In this document: positions 28,955 through 36,976 of the stretch, piece after piece
Position numbering within the stretch: position 1 is the stretch's first letter
Layout of the letters: each line of letters starts with the position of its first letter
Source: Promethearchaeota archaeon
Lineage (GTDB): Archaea; Asgardarchaeota; Lokiarchaeia; Sigyniarchaeales; SOKP01
Direction: 5' to 3'
NCBI GenBank assembly: GCA_004524535.1
Contig: SDNY01000023.1
Location: 1-38,436 of the forward strand
DNA: 38,436 nucleotides
Notes under the pieces: generated by a model
The model's database searches: none
What the model was told of the DNA's origin: nothing
What the model saw: only the letters and a program-made list of their open reading frames with translations
Position numbers and translations under genes: made by a program

Positions 28955-29827
28955 TTATTTTTCTAATATTTCTTGAATATTTTTTACAGCCTCCTTGAAA
29001 GCTTTCGCACTTTTACTATCAGTATATTTAATAATAAAAGGTAAACCTTTATCTCCTTGAATTCCTATTTCAACTTCAAAAGGTATTTTACCCAATAATC
29101 GAATATTGAAATCCTTCGCAGCTTTTTCAGCTCCTCCTGGAGGGTAAAGATCGATATGTTTACCACAATGAGGACAGGCAAATCCAGACATGTTTTCAAT
29201 GATCCCAAGAACATTTCTTTCCATTATTTGAGACATTTTTATTGTTTTTCGAGCATCCATAAGAGCAACTTCTTGAGGAGTAGAAACAACGACCACATTT
29301 TCATCAGGTATAAGTTGGAGAATGTCTAAAGTCTCATCAGAAGTTCCAGGTGGTAAATCACATACTAAATAATCAAGTTCGCCCCATATAGCATCGCCAA
29401 GAAATTGTCTTACAGCACCCATTTTCATTGGACCTCTCCAAATTACTGGTGAATCAGAATTCTCAAGAAGAAATGCCATACTCATAACTTTTATATTTAA
29501 AGGGCCATTAATTGGAAAAAATTTCCTAGCGTCTGGATCAACTCTTGGCTTTAATTCAGGGCTTATTCCTAACATTTTTGCAACATTAGGACCCGTAATG
29601 TCAACATCTAAGATTCCTACTCTTAATCCCACACTTGCTAAACTCATGGCAAGGTTAACAGCAACTGTTGATTTTCCAACACCTCCCTTTCCGGAGATCA
29701 CAACAATCTTATGTTTAATTTTTGCCATATTTTTTTTTATCTCTTCCATGCGTAGATCCATGGCTTCTTTTTTACCTTGTTCTACAGTATCTTTTAAGTT
29801 AATATCGGGTATCTCATCTTCAGTCAT
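28955..29827 (-). CDS. Mrp/ApbC/Nbp35 family Fe-S carrier ATPase
   Basis: SGKGGVGKST, DVDITGP, VIWRGP, DLPPGTSD, ENMSGFACPHC. Confidence 0.93.
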   Translation of the reverse strand: MTEDEIPDINLKDTVEQGKKEAMDLRMEEIKKNMAKIKHKIVVISGKGGVGKSTVAVNLAMSLASVGLRVGILDVDITGPNVAKMLGISPELKPRVDPDARKFFPINGPLNIKVMSMAFLLENSDSPVIWRGPMKMGAVRQFLGDAIWGELDYLVCDLPPGTSDETLDILQLIPDENVVVVSTPQEVALMDARKTIKMSQIMERNVLGIIENMSGFACPHCGKHIDLYPPGGAEKAAKDFNIRLLGKIPFEVEIGIQGDKGLPFIIKYTDSKSAKAFKEAVKNIQEILEK

Positions 29828-30014
29828 ATCATCACTTATTCTAATTTTTTTTCCTTATTTTTATCAAAATTAAAATCTTCTCTATTTAATTTAATGTTTA
29901 ATAATATTCTTAAATTGGTTTTTAATAATTTATAAAAATTTTAAGTTTTTCTCTAAAGTTTTTTTTTATTATGAGAAAACTTTTATAGAATTAATTTTTT
30001 TATTACTTAAACAA

Positions 30015-30032
30015 TATGAATAATTATTCATA
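30015..30032. promoter_or_regulatory. Palindromic operator TATGAATAATTATTCATA (site 7)
   Basis: Perfect 18-bp palindrome in the divergent mrp / nifX-like intergenic region, ~28 bp downstream of GAAAACTTTTATA (BRE/TATA-like). Confidence 0.85.
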
Positions 30033-30087
30033 ATTTAAAAAACTTATCAAATAATAAAAAGAAAAACATAAAGAGGTAAATATAAAT

Positions 30088-30558
30088 ATGGTTATAGTAG
30101 CAGTTCCATCTTTTGGAGAGGGTGGATTGAATGAAATTGTCAATCCCAGATTTGGTCGCTGTGACTCATTCACTTTTGTAACAATTGAAGATAACTCTAT
30201 AAAAGAAGTTAAAGCTGTATCTAATATGGCTGCAGGTGCTATGGGTGGTGCTGGAATCCAAGCAGCTCAAACTATAGGAAATCATGGAGCTACAATAGTA
30301 ATTGCTGGAAATTTAGGTCCTAATGCTGCCCAATCATTAATGGCCTTGAATTTAAAGATTTATCAAGCGCCAACTCAACAGCTAACGGTAAAACAAGCTG
30401 TAGAATTATTCATTGAGGGTAAATTACAAGAAATGGGCGGTTCAAATGTCGGCGCTCATTTTGGAATGGGTGGTGGTGGAATGGGTGGCGGCCGAGGAAT
30501 GGGCGGTGGTCGTGGAATGGGTGGTGGAGGAGGAATGGGCGGAGGCCGTAATTTCTAA
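30088..30558 (+). CDS. NifB/NifX family (orange-protein-like) protein with Gly/Met/Arg-rich tail
   Basis: VAVPS, RFGRCDSF, GAGIQAAQ, GNLGPNA. Confidence 0.88.
   Translation: MVIVAVPSFGEGGLNEIVNPRFGRCDSFTFVTIEDNSIKEVKAVSNMAAGAMGGAGIQAAQTIGNHGATIVIAGNLGPNAAQSLMALNLKIYQAPTQQLTVKQAVELFIEGKLQEMGGSNVGAHFGMGGGGMGGGRGMGGGRGMGGGGGMGGGRNF
30463..30549 (+). repeat. Coding tandem repeat GMGGG(R/G) x5
   Basis: GGAATGGG(T/C)GGNGGN units of 15-18 bp. Confidence 0.85.
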
Positions 30559-30598
30559 TTCATCATTTTAAATTGAAGGAAATAAAGTTAAATAAATA

Positions 30599-31519
30599 AT
30601 GTCAAAAAAACCTGTAGTAATTTGCGTAACGGGAGGTAAAGGCGGAACTGGCAAAACCTTGGTGGCAGTTAATTTAGCGACCATGTTTAAAAATATTGGA
30701 AAAAAGGTTTTGTTAATTGATGGTGACGTAGAAAATCCAAACACATATTTATTGTTAGGGGGAGAACTTGAAAATAAAGAATCTGTTCCTTTTTTCAAAC
30801 CAGAAATTATTGAAGAAAAATGTACTAAATGTGGTCTATGTGCGGAAAATTGCGCTCCACATGCTTTATTGCATATAAAAGATGCGTATCCAATACCAAT
30901 TTTACCAGTTTGTTCGGGATGTAAGTTATGTTATAAAATCTGCCCTGCAGAAGCTATTAAAGCAGGGCAAAAAACTATTGGTTGGACGTATTCAACAATC
31001 AAAAATGGCATCTCTCTCCTAATCGGTGAATTAAAACCATCTGAAGCGCGTTCTGCCGCCGTAGTTGAAGTTCTACTTGAGAAATTAGACGAGACCATCA
31101 AAACAGAACCAACTAAATATGATTATATTGTTCTAGATACCGCCCCTGGTGCTCATTGTGATGTTGAATTATTAATTAATAAAGCTGATTTTGTTGTACC
31201 TGTAACAGAGCCCACGAGATTTGGAAAATTAGATTTAATAAGGATAATTGAGTTGATTGAATTAATAAATAAAGATTCTCGAGCAATTGTTAATAGATCA
31301 TCATTGTTGGGTTATAGAGATCAATTCTTAAAGGAATTGGAAGAGAAAAATATAAAAATTTTAGGGGATATTCCTTTAGATGATGATATTGTCAATTCTT
31401 ACTGTCAAGGAATACCGTTAATGGACGAAAATAGCGAATTTAAAAGTGGCGAGGGTTATAAAGCATTTCAAGAAATATTTAATAATCTTATTGAATGGAT
31501 TGATACAAATAACACTTAA
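30599..31519 (+). CDS. MinD/ParA-type P-loop ATPase with inserted 2[4Fe-4S] ferredoxin domain (COG1149)
   Basis: GGKGGTGKT, DGDVENPN, CTKCGLCAENC and CSGCKLCYKIC, DTAPG, VTEPT. Confidence 0.9.
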   Translation: MSKKPVVICVTGGKGGTGKTLVAVNLATMFKNIGKKVLLIDGDVENPNTYLLLGGELENKESVPFFKPEIIEEKCTKCGLCAENCAPHALLHIKDAYPIPILPVCSGCKLCYKICPAEAIKAGQKTIGWTYSTIKNGISLLIGELKPSEARSAAVVEVLLEKLDETIKTEPTKYDYIVLDTAPGAHCDVELLINKADFVVPVTEPTRFGKLDLIRIIELIELINKDSRAIVNRSSLLGYRDQFLKELEEKNIKILGDIPLDDDIVNSYCQGIPLMDENSEFKSGEGYKAFQEIFNNLIEWIDTNNT

Positions 31520-31534
31520 AATAATAGGAAAAAA

Positions 31535-32461
31535 ATGAAGAGAAAAGCAATAGGAATAATATCTGGAAAAGGTGGTGTTGGAAAAACATCATTAACAGCA
31601 GCACTAGCAAGCATTGTAAGAACAGATAATGAAATAAATGCAATTATCTTAGATTGTGATGTAGATGCCCCTAATCTGGCTTTAATCCTTCCTGAAGAGC
31701 CAAATAGTAAAATAAAATCACTAGATACTTTTACAACACTAAAAGCTACTTTCTTAGAGGATAAATGCGTTCAATGCAGGCAATGTATTGATGATCACTT
31801 CTGTGAATTCAATGCGTTAAAATGGGACGAAGAAAATTCTATTCCAACTATTGATTATTTAGCATGTGAAGGCTGTGGAGCTTGCAAAGTTTTATGTCCT
31901 GAGCACGCTTTTGAAATAAATACTGTAAAAAGTGGCGAAATAATTTCTTATAAAACAAACATTACATTACCATTAATATATGGTAAAACTAGACTTGGTA
32001 GTACGACATCTGGAAAATTAGTTTCAGATGTCAAAGAATATGCTAAACAAGTTGATGAATTTGAAGATTGCAATTTAATTTTGATAGATGGACCACCTGG
32101 CATAGGTTGCCCTGTAATTGCCACGGTTTCTGGATTAGATTACATTATTACAATAACAGAGCCAACTCCCTCCGGTTTACATGATCTTGTAAGAGCAATC
32201 GAAGTAGTACAACAATTTGAAATTCCATTTGGGATAGTAATCAATAAATTTGATTTAAAAAGTCCTTTTCAAGATGATTTTAAAGAGTATATTGAGAATA
32301 CAGGATTTTATATTTTAGGAAAAATTCCTTTTGATCTGTCAATACCTAAAGCAATGTCCTATGCAGAATCCGTAGTGGATTTCGCACCAAACTCAGATGC
32401 AAGTTTAGCTATTAAGGCTATTTATAATAATCTCAAAAATGCTTTATGGAATAGTGAATAA
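31535..32461 (+). CDS. Second MinD/ParA-type ATPase with ferredoxin insert (COG1149)
   Basis: SGKGGVGKT, DCDVDAPN, CVQCRQC...C, CEGCGACKVLC, DGPPGIGCPV, TEPTPSG. Confidence 0.9.
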   Translation: MKRKAIGIISGKGGVGKTSLTAALASIVRTDNEINAIILDCDVDAPNLALILPEEPNSKIKSLDTFTTLKATFLEDKCVQCRQCIDDHFCEFNALKWDEENSIPTIDYLACEGCGACKVLCPEHAFEINTVKSGEIISYKTNITLPLIYGKTRLGSTTSGKLVSDVKEYAKQVDEFEDCNLILIDGPPGIGCPVIATVSGLDYIITITEPTPSGLHDLVRAIEVVQQFEIPFGIVINKFDLKSPFQDDFKEYIENTGFYILGKIPFDLSIPKAMSYAESVVDFAPNSDASLAIKAIYNNLKNALWNSE

Positions 32462-32583
32462 ATTTTAGCTATAAGTTAATTGAAAACATTAAAAAGAAGG
32501 AATTATATTCTCTATAATATTATTCTGAACTAATTCTAATTATTTAGTTAATTCTATCCCTGTGATTAAAAAAAAAAGTATTA

Positions 32584-33003
32584 TCAGATAGGTTCTCGTA
32601 TTAAATAATAAACATTATCCGAATCGCAATTAATACACTTAACTTTTTTATCTCTAGATGCGGATCTATCCTCCCATTCACTATCGCAATCCGCACATCC
32701 ATACCCAATGAAAGTTATTTTATAATCAACCTCCCCGCCGAATACCTTAATAGTTTTTCCTTCAATTAAAGCTTGAGTAACTTTTTGATGAGTTCTTTCT
32801 ATGATACGAGAAAATGTTGGTTGACTTATTCCCATCCATTCGGATGCCTGTTCCTGATTCAAATTCATATAATGTTTAAGGCGAAGAGCTTCAAATTCTG
32901 CTACAGTTAGAATAATATTTGCTTCCGTTGATGGGCTCTCGCGAGAGAAATAAAAATTATTTGGTGGTTGACCAACCCATCTGCGACGAATTCTTCTTCC
33001 CAT
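32584..33003 (-). CDS. DUF134 (UPF0251) predicted DNA-binding protein with C-terminal Zn ribbon
   Basis: MGRRIRRRWV, EFEALRL...LNQEQASEWMGISQPTFSRI HTH, CADC...CINC. Confidence 0.88.
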   Translation of the reverse strand: MGRRIRRRWVGQPPNNFYFSRESPSTEANIILTVAEFEALRLKHYMNLNQEQASEWMGISQPTFSRIIERTHQKVTQALIEGKTIKVFGGEVDYKITFIGYGCADCDSEWEDRSASRDKKVKCINCDSDNVYYLIREPI

Positions 33004-33132
33004 TTCGAATCAACTAGCAAGTTTTGAATGAAAAATATTTATAATATTATCATAAAAAAAAATTTCTCAAGATCTATAGAATTTTAATTTTTTTAGGGGA
33101 ATTAATTAAGTTTGATTAATGAGTTATTTCTT

Positions 33133-33540
33133 TTAATGATGATGATGATGATCATCATCTATATCATCAGCGTCAGTATGGATTTTTTCTACTCCAAAAC
33201 CCTTACCTATACCAGGAGAACATAAACTCTCTCCGCCTTCTAGTGTCCCATTTAATATTCTTTCAATAACATCATCAATAGAGCCAACAACCCCTACAAT
33301 TACTTCAATCCCATATTGGTTAAAAAATTGGACTGCTCGAGGTCCCATTCCCCCAGCAATCATAAAATTCGCACCTTGTTGACTTACAAATTGGGGGATA
33401 CTTCCTACGGAATGCCCTGGATTGGGAAGTACTTCTTTTTTAACTACTTTATTATCTTCAATTGTAACAAAAAGAAACTCTGGAGCTCTTCCAAAATGTG
33501 CACAAACTTTTCCCGATTCCATACTAATAGCTATTTTCAA
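33133..33540 (-). CDS. NifB/NifX family protein with acidic/His-rich tail
   Basis: KIAIS, HFGRAP, NPGH, GGMGPRA, tail DADDIDDDHHHHH. TTG 33540 follows AGGTG (ORF track starts at 33573). Confidence 0.88.
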   Translation of the reverse strand: MKIAISMESGKVCAHFGRAPEFLFVTIEDNKVVKKEVLPNPGHSVGSIPQFVSQQGANFMIAGGMGPRAVQFFNQYGIEVIVGVVGSIDDVIERILNGTLEGGESLCSPGIGKGFGVEKIHTDADDIDDDHHHHH

Positions 33541-33602
33541 TTTTATTATACACCTATTTATTTTTATATTCATATTTTAAGAATAAATTCAAGCATTTAA
33601 AT

Positions 33603-33624
33603 TTTATGAATAATTATTCATAAA
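33603..33624. promoter_or_regulatory. Palindromic operator TTTATGAATAATTATTCATAAA (site 8)
   Basis: Perfect 22-bp palindrome just downstream (minus strand) of TATA-like TTTTTATATAAAAA at 33631-33644; precedes nifX-like and DUF134 genes. Confidence 0.85.
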
Positions 33625-33710
33625 TAAACCTTTTTATATAAAAAGCTGGAATTCCTTTTTTACTGTAATTATATATTTTAAATAAATGTTATCCTTATAA
33701 TTTAGAATTC

Positions 33711-33920
33711 TTAATAATGAAGATTTTTCTTAATTTCTCCGTTAGGAAGCATATTATCAGGATGGTATTCACCATTTTCTTCCATTTGGTATCGAATACA
33801 TTCTTTATTTCCAATTAAGCAATAATCTTCAACCCATTTTGAATCGAGTTTTCCATGATCCACAAAATACTTGATTGGACAGACCATATACCATTTACAT
33901 ATTCTTTTTTTATTTGTCAA
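33711..33920 (-). CDS. Small four-Cys protein
   Basis: CKWYMVCP...YC...CIRY...HPDNMLPNG; TTG start with GAGGA upstream. Confidence 0.7.
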   Translation of the reverse strand: MTNKKRICKWYMVCPIKYFVDHGKLDSKWVEDYCLIGNKECIRYQMEENGEYHPDNMLPNGEIKKNLHY

Positions 33921-34174
33921 GTTGTAAATTTGATCCTCATTCTAATTTAATAATAATTGAAAATTAATAATTACCGATTAAATAAATTTTTTATTTTATT
34001 AAGATATATTGAATTCTATCCGATGTATTGGACTTTATCCGAATGATGTTCGATAGATTTAAATATGATAATTCATACATATATTATGGAAGATGAGTTA
34101 AAATATTTTAAATAAGAAAAAAAAATAAAACCGAATATTATTCGAATTATAATTAAAAAAAAAATTGAGGTGAT

Positions 34175-34462
34175 ATGGATATGATTGAAGCAAAAGTAAA
34201 TCTCGAAAAAAGAGATGATTTTGAATCAAAAATTAGGATTGAAGCATATAATCTAATGAATGCATGTTACCCCTACGATGTATTGTGTTGGGAACTCGCT
34301 GAATTTATACTACTTTATCAAAAAGGGCATGGAAAATATTCCGAACACGATCTTAGTAAGAAAAAAGAGATGATTTTTGATATTTCCCCTACTTATGAAC
34401 AAATCTGCTTACTAATTAGTACATATAAATGCTACCTTACGCAAGAACATCGTTATCCATAA
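34175..34462 (+). CDS. Hypothetical helical protein with internal repeat
   Basis: GAGGTG RBS; YDVLCWELAE and YEQICLLIS segments resemble each other. Confidence 0.7.
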   Translation: MDMIEAKVNLEKRDDFESKIRIEAYNLMNACYPYDVLCWELAEFILLYQKGHGKYSEHDLSKKKEMIFDISPTYEQICLLISTYKCYLTQEHRYP

Positions 34463-34488
34463 TTAATAAAAAATAATTAATATTAGAG

Positions 34489-34959
34489 GTGATTATTATT
34501 TATAAAAAAATATTACTCGGATTAGATGGATCCGAAAATTCTAATAGAGCAGCTAAGAAAGTGATTGAGCTTCAGAAAAAATGGAATTGTAATGTTGTTA
34601 TATTTCATTCGATTAAACATCCTAAGAAAATTTTTCTATATCCATTAGTACTGACAGCATCTTTTGGCTCATGTTATACAACTGAAATAAACTTCCTAAC
34701 TGAGTATGAAAAAGAAGCTAAGAAGATATTGAGAGACAATAAAAAAATATTTGACGAAGCACAAGTACCAGTTGAAAGTCGACTAATTAAAGATGAAAAT
34801 CCTGAAGATTATATCGAAAGAGTGGTAAAAGAAGAAGGATTTGATTTAGTCGTAGTAGGTATTAAAGGAGTCCATTCTAAATTAAGGCAAATCATTACGG
34901 GATCAGTAGCTCAAAAAGTGATTAAACACACTCCTTGTGATGTTTTAATCGTCAAATAA
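34489..34959 (+). CDS. Universal stress protein (UspA family)
   Basis: YKKILLGLDGSENS, DLVVVGIKG, GSVAQKVIKHTPCDVLIVK. Confidence 0.92.
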   Translation: MIIIYKKILLGLDGSENSNRAAKKVIELQKKWNCNVVIFHSIKHPKKIFLYPLVLTASFGSCYTTEINFLTEYEKEAKKILRDNKKIFDEAQVPVESRLIKDENPEDYIERVVKEEGFDLVVVGIKGVHSKLRQIITGSVAQKVIKHTPCDVLIVK

Positions 34960-34973
34960 TAATATTATATCTA

Positions 34974-35159
34974 TTGAAAATTCATGAGGTTAAAAGATTA
35001 ATGTCTAAAAGTAAAAAATATATCTCTCAAGAGCTCTCAAAAATAATAAGAGATACCAAAAATCTTAATGAAAGAGTAAAAACTATACCACACCTATATA
35101 AAATTTATGAAGTTCCAGATGCAAAGATTTTACATAAAAAACGTAGAGAAGGGGATTAA
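34974..35159 (+). CDS. Small basic hypothetical protein
   Basis: 61-aa ORF in the gap between USP and Mrp (alternative ATG at 35001 after GAGGT); no motif. Confidence 0.4.
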   Translation: MKIHEVKRLMSKSKKYISQELSKIIRDTKNLNERVKTIPHLYKIYEVPDAKILHKKRREGD

Positions 35160-35234
35160 TACTTTATAGATTTATTTAGTTTATTTAAAAATTATTAGTA
35201 TATTAGCAAATTCAACAAAAAGGAGGTTAAAATT

Positions 35235-36080
35235 ATGTCAAAAAGTGAAATGGAAGAAAAAATAAACAAGACGGATAAAATAGTAGATAAAATTCATAAA
35301 AATATGGCAAAAATTAAGCATAAGATTGTTGTGATCTCTGGAAAGGGAGGTGTTGGAAAAACTACAGTCGCTGTCAATCTCGCTGCAGCTCTAGCAAATG
35401 AAGGGCAGAAAGTTGGAATTCTAGATGTTGACATTACGGGTCCTAATGTAGCTAAAATGTTGGGAATTAGCCCTGAATTGAAACCTTGGGCAGATCCAAA
35501 ATCAAAGAAAATCTTTCCAGTTGATGGACCCTTAAATTTAAAGGTGTTGAGCATGGCACTTCTAACTAAAAATCCAGACTTACCCGTGATATGGAGGGGT
35601 CCAATGAAAATGAATGCTCTAAGACAGTTTTTAGGAGAGGTTGTATGGGGTGAACTCGATTATTTAGTATGTGATTTACCACCTGGTACTTCCGATGAAG
35701 TCTTAGATATATTGCAATTAATTCCAGACGAGACTGTAGTAGTAGTTTCAACACCTCAAGATGTAGCTATAATGGATGCTCGAAAAACAATTAAAATGAC
35801 GCAAATAATGAAAAGAAATCTCTTGGGAATCGTTGAAAATATGTCGGTATTTAAATGTCCAAAATGCGGCGAACTTATCGAAATTTTTGGAAGTGGTGGT
35901 GGAGAAAAGGCAGCGAAGGATTTTGGAATTAGAATGCTTGGAAAGATCCCTTTTGAAAAAGAAATAGGAAAACAAGGAGATCTAGGCCTACCATTTATCT
36001 TCAGATACCCAAATTCCGAGAGTTCGAAAGCTTTTAAATCTATAGTGAAAAAGATACGTGATATTAATGAGAAAAATTAA
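35235..36080 (+). CDS. Mrp/ApbC/Nbp35 family Fe-S carrier ATPase (second copy)
   Basis: AGGAGGT RBS; SGKGGVGKTT, VIWRGP, DLPPGTSD, ENMSVFKCPKC. Confidence 0.93.
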   Translation: MSKSEMEEKINKTDKIVDKIHKNMAKIKHKIVVISGKGGVGKTTVAVNLAAALANEGQKVGILDVDITGPNVAKMLGISPELKPWADPKSKKIFPVDGPLNLKVLSMALLTKNPDLPVIWRGPMKMNALRQFLGEVVWGELDYLVCDLPPGTSDEVLDILQLIPDETVVVVSTPQDVAIMDARKTIKMTQIMKRNLLGIVENMSVFKCPKCGELIEIFGSGGGEKAAKDFGIRMLGKIPFEKEIGKQGDLGLPFIFRYPNSESSKAFKSIVKKIRDINEKN

Positions 36081-36495
36081 ACAAAAAAAAGTTGAAAAAG
36101 AACTCTCAGAATATAATAAGTATATAATAGAATTATTTCACAATCCTAAGAATCTTGGCAAACCCAAGAAAGCCGATATTAGCGTATCTCAATCATATAC
36201 CGGACCATGTGGAGATACAATGCAGTTCTTTTTAAAAATTAATGATAATATAATCGAAAAGGCCAATTTTATCGCAGATGGTTGTGCTGCTTCTGTTACG
36301 ACAGCCAGCCAAACAACAATTCTCATTGAAGGTAAATCTTTAGATTTTGCAGAAAAATTAAAAGCAGAAGATATTGACGAAGCGTTGAAAGGCTTACCGG
36401 AAGATCATAAACATTGCGCAGAATTATCAATAAAAACTTTAAAATGGGCAATAAAAAAATATAAAGATAAAAGATTATTGGATATTTATGAATAA
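36067..36495 (+). CDS. IscU/NifU-N type Fe-S scaffold (second copy)
   Basis: HNPKN, GPCGD, DGC, LPEDHKHCA; overlaps the mrp stop; start uncertain (GTG 36058 or ATG 36067). Confidence 0.85.
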   Translation: MRKIKQKKVEKELSEYNKYIIELFHNPKNLGKPKKADISVSQSYTGPCGDTMQFFLKINDNIIEKANFIADGCAASVTTASQTTILIEGKSLDFAEKLKAEDIDEALKGLPEDHKHCAELSIKTLKWAIKKYKDKRLLDIYE

Positions 36496-36497
36496 TA

Positions 36498-36920
36498 ATG
36501 GAAAAATTATTTCCTATAAATATTAATCCGCAGTTATGTATTCGCTGTCAAAAATGTTCCTTTTCCTGTCCTACAAAGGCAATTTTTTTTAGAAATTCCT
36601 TAAGGTATGTAGATTATAATAAATGTAAAGGATGCCTTAAGTGTGTAGACGTTTGCGAACATAATGCTATTGAAGTAATTTCAATGGAAGAAGGACAATT
36701 AGTTAATTTTAAAATTGATAACGAGAGATGTAATCTTTGTAAAAAATGTTTAGAGGATGAATTTTGTTTTCAAAATTTATTTTCTCTTAGTATTGACTCA
36801 GAGATAGGTCAAGAGCTAATTACATTTAATAAAAAAAACATGTATCTCTGTCAAAATTGTTTGAAATGTGTTTCTACTTGTCCTAATAATGCAATAATTC
36901 CGATTATTGCTCTTGAATAA
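36498..36920 (+). CDS. Polyferredoxin (up to four [4Fe-4S])
   Basis: CIRCQKCSFSC, CKGCLKCVDVC, CNLCKKCLEDEFC, CQNCLKCVSTC. Confidence 0.88.
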   Translation: MEKLFPININPQLCIRCQKCSFSCPTKAIFFRNSLRYVDYNKCKGCLKCVDVCEHNAIEVISMEEGQLVNFKIDNERCNLCKKCLEDEFCFQNLFSLSIDSEIGQELITFNKKNMYLCQNCLKCVSTCPNNAIIPIIALE

Positions 36921-36976
36921 ATATCATGATTTTTATAAATAAATTTATTTAAGATTAATAAAATATAAGAAGTGTA

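Noticed and set aside
11758-32586. TGA stops (11758, 14441, 18338, 32584) as possible selenocysteine codons
   Set aside because: The proteins are complete at these stops, none aligns with an expected Cys, and I saw no SECIS-like hairpin.
30088-33540. NifB/NifX and NifU-like genes as evidence of nitrogen fixation
   Set aside because: No nifHDK or nifEN in the window; these domains are widespread in non-diazotrophic anaerobes.
34132-34144. CGAATATTATTCG upstream of the 34175 gene as an operator
   Set aside because: 3-bp spacer and altered outer bases; does not fit the consensus.
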